Shown piece after piece: positions 60,701 through 64,000 of a stretch of 64,000 nt of DNA; the stretch's first letter is position 1, and every line of letters begins with the position of its first letter. This DNA comes from Azolla caroliniana (lineage: Eukaryota > Plantae > Polypodiophyta). The notes beneath the pieces were generated by a model. It was not told the origin of the DNA. It searched no databases and was given only the letters and a program-made list of their open reading frames with translations. Where the stretch lies: NCBI GenBank assembly GCA_043228905.1, contig JBHGNT010000008.1, positions 20,460,001 to 20,524,000 of the forward strand, read 5' to 3'. Position numbers and translations under genes: made by a program.

Positions 60701-63377
60701 GGCACGGAAAGGAACGAGTCAGACCGACGCGAGTCCGACTCCGAGGGAACCGGTGATAGGTCTTTAAAGGTGAAGACCGCGTCGACCGAGAAGGCCTCGA
60801 CATCGGCTAATGTGGGATTACGTCGAGCTACCCGCCAAAAGAATCCTGTTTTGCGGTTCGGATACAATGAGTACATGGCGCATCATTATGCGTACATGAC
60901 CCGTATAGCGGAAGTGTGTGAGCCGGAGAGCTACGCAGAAGCGGCGAAGGACGCGAATTGGCATGCCGCGATGGAGGAAGAGATGCACGCATTGGCGGTG
61001 AACGAGACCTGGGACCTGGTTGACGCACCGAAGGGTGTGAAGTCGATCGGGTGTAGATGGGTGTACAAAGTCAAGTACAACACCGATGGCTCGGTCAACC
61101 GGTACAAGGCTCGGCTAGTGGCAAAGGGCTATGCGCAGAAACACGGCATCGACTACGATGAGACGTTTGCGCCGGTCGCGAAAATGATGATTGTCCGTGT
61201 TTTGCTCGCAGTAGCTGCGGCGAAGGGGTGGCACTTACATCAGATGGATGTAAAGAATGCGTTCCTGCAAGGTGACCTTGAGGAACAAGTGTACATGGTA
61301 CAGCCCCCTGGATTTCACTCCGGAACAAACTCCTCGGCAGTCTGCCGACTGAAGAAGTCCCTTTACGGACTGAAGCAAGCCCCGCGTGCCTGGAACACGA
61401 AGATCACGCAATAACTGCGTCGGATGGTTTCGCCATGTCAAAATCGGACTCTTCCCTGTTCATCCGTAAAGGTCGACTCGGACCGGTTAGTATTTTACTA
61501 TATGTTGATGACTTGGTCATCACCGGCGCCGACCTAGGTGAAATTGACCGCGTGAAGCTCCAGCTTGCGGCATCGTTCGACATGAAGGATCTGGGGGACC
61601 TTCATTACTTCCTCGGGATCGAAGTGATCTGTACTCCCGAAGGCATATTGATCAGCCAACGTCACTACATGCTGAGTATGCTCTTCAAATTCGGGATGGT
61701 CGACTGTAAGACCGTCTCGACTCCTCTTGACAGAACCGTCAAGCTTCGTCCCGATACGGGAAAGGTATGCGACCCGACGAGGTTCCGACAAATTGTCGGA
61801 AGCCTCATATACTTGACCATCACCCGACCTGACCTCAGTTACCCGGTTGGGGTGATCAGTCAGTTCATGGCGCGACCTACCGAGGAGCACCTTCAATGTG
61901 CGCAACGCATACTTCGGTATGTCAACGGCACTAAGGACCGCGGACTGCTATATCGGACCGGTGCAGCCGCAAAGTTAGTCGGCTACACCGATGCTGATTG
62001 TGTTGGCAATGCCGCCGATCGCCGATCCACGTCTGGATACGCGTTCTCCCTCGAGAGTGCCGCGATCGCGTGGAGCAGTAAGAAGCAGCTGACAGTTGCA
62101 CTGTCGAGCACCGAAGCTGAGTACCGAGGAGCGGTTGTCGCGACATGCAAAGCCATATGGTTGAAGCGGCTACTTAAGGACCTGCAAGAGGAGGTGTTCG
62201 ATCCAACGACGATCTACTGCGACAACCTTAGCAGCATCCAACTCGCGAGGAACCCCATCTTCCATGCACGGACCAAGCACATTGAGGTGCACTACCATTT
62301 CGTCCGTGAGCGTGTCCTTTCCGGTGAAGTCGAACTTCAGTACGTTCCGACGGATCGGTAGACTGCCGGCATCTTCACCAAGCCTCTTGGTCTGGACAAG
62401 TTGCGGCAATTCTCAGGTGCGCTCAGATTGCGTCACCTCGACGTGCCAAACTTGAGGGGGAGAACAGTTCCGAACAACCAAGCAAGGTGGCAGGGAAGGA
62501 GCGGAGACCGCGACACCGAGTCCGAGTCGGTAGACTCAGTTGTCGAGTTCGACTTCGGATCGGCTGAAGAAGTCGAGGGCGGACCCGCGGAGAAGTTCGG
62601 ATGCGGACTAAAGGGGAGTAGCCGAAGGAGAGAGCCGAAGCCAACCACGCATAGGGGAGACGACGCCATCGAGGGCGAGAAGACCAAAGACGAGTTGGAG
62701 ACAGCCAACTCGGACGAGAGCGAAAACCGATCGGAGGTAGCCGAGTCGGTTCGGATGTTTGATTCAGATACGCTGAATCAACCGAGGCCCAAGCGGAAGA
62801 AAAGGCAGCAGGAGAAGCGTCAACACCGCAACAGCAAAAGAGCTGATAAAGGCCGCATGAGCAGACAAGCCGACCGGAAGGGTCGAAGCACACAGAGTCG
62901 AACAGGTCGAGGAGCGCGAGCGAGGCGAGAAGCCAGGAGGAACCGGTGCTGCAAAGATCCCGAAGAGCCTCAAGTTGAGCTTGAGGGGGAGTGTTGAGAG
63001 ACAAGCTCAACATCGGCCGGATCGGCTGAAGAAGCCGAGGACCGGATCGGTTGGGACTGATCGGTTAGGCCGAGTGCGTAAACAGGGAGGTCGTTAGGAA
63101 AGATATTCCGTGAGGAATATATTTGGGAGTTAGTGTAGGAGCTCTTGATGAGCATTGAAGTATTGTCAGTGCTTCGGTCAGTCCTTCTAGGACTTGTATA
63201 AAAGTGTTCACTGAGCACGTCTTATGTACAGATTGAGTATTATTGTTGAATATATTTTTGTGTCTACTCTCTCTGTCTCTCCTGCGTATACCGTGTAAGC
63301 CCAAGCTCTCCATTGAACCTGAGTTTTCCTTCCTTCTGTTCGGTCTTCATACCTGCTTCCGCACGCTACTTTCTACA
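57706..63377 (+). mobile_element. Full-length Copia copy 2 (same family as 47147-52805), TSD AACAT; LTRs 57706-58091 and 62992-63377
   Basis: PBS 58092-58103; full domain set with stops and frameshifts; PPT; TSD at 57701-57705 and 63378-63382. Confidence 0.96.
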
Positions 63378-63382
63378 AACAT

Positions 63383-64000
63383 GAAGAAGACATTAGTCAT
63401 TTCCCATCTCTTGCTTGCAAAAGACTACATTTGAATCACCCTTGATAACGTCGTATTCTCCTTTTAGTGTATGCACCAAAGTGAACCAAATCATCTTAGC
63501 TACATCTACAACATTCCATTGAATTTCCTAAAATATCATTCAACATGTATTAGTCCATAAAGCCCATAAGGCTATTGAACTAAGTGTCTCCCAAACCACC
63601 TCATTCTATACTGAATTACTAGACATACATGGCGAACACTTCCTCAACATATTGACCCTTTGTATGTTATGCAAAGTTAACATTTTCTTTTTCATGATCT
63701 TCTAGCTCACCCTTAATATCATCCCACATCATTGTCCCCCATTTATATACTCTAGTGCCATATACCTCATGCAAGAGACGCAAAAACCTTCTCCAAATCA
63801 ATTGAGCTACTATAAAAGACCAGTCTAATAAGTGATGCAATGACCCGTCTAATAAGTCCTTACAATACATCCAAGCCCTAATAGGAACCGCATAATGAAC
63901 AATCAACCATCTAAATTGAATTTAGATCTTCTTTAGAATTTGCATGGTCCATAGCCATTTCCAAAACGTTGTCATGTGAGTAGGATTAACATTATAACTC
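63383..64000 (-). mobile_element. Degenerate LINE 3' region, probably continuing at 57639-57700 and 54360-54497
   Basis: Peptide ..YCK..SLHHLL..IWRRFLRLLHEVYG..KWGTMMW resembles the remnant at 12400-13000. Confidence 0.45.

Noticed and set aside
47147-63377. Segmental duplication as the origin of the two similar Copia copies
   Set aside because: Different TSDs and flanks indicate independent insertions.

Overview
AT-rich land-plant nuclear DNA; a non-seed plant such as a fern or lycophyte is inferred from the element types and is not proven. Most of the window is nested LTR retrotransposons: Ty1/Copia elements primed by tRNA-iMet, Ty3/Gypsy elements, solo LTRs and LINE remnants. Only two host genes were found, both GH19 chitinases on the minus strand. 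One is an intact two-exon gene with three tandem hevein domains (9793-11028). The other is a domain-less paralog disabled by a Copia insertion and a nonsense codon (40467-46878). The most unusual signal is in two LTR elements, a coding Gypsy element ending at 4836 and a complete TSD-flanked non-coding element at 54503-57633. Neither has a polypurine tract before the 3' LTR. Each has instead a sense copy of a tRNA-Arg-like 3' end (TCCCAC[A/G]GGCGTGCCA) followed by 2 nt and then the LTR, i.e. an inverted second primer-binding site that suggests tRNA-primed plus-strand synthesis. Also notable: a very young gag-protease-only element whose LTRs hold three tRNA-like Pol III A/B-box modules, a conserved hairpin enclosing the PPT in several Copia families, and apparent homogenisation of 3' LTRs between neighbouring elements. 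Coordinates were read by eye and may be off by a few bases; tRNA assignments come from recalled plant tRNA sequences, not a search.
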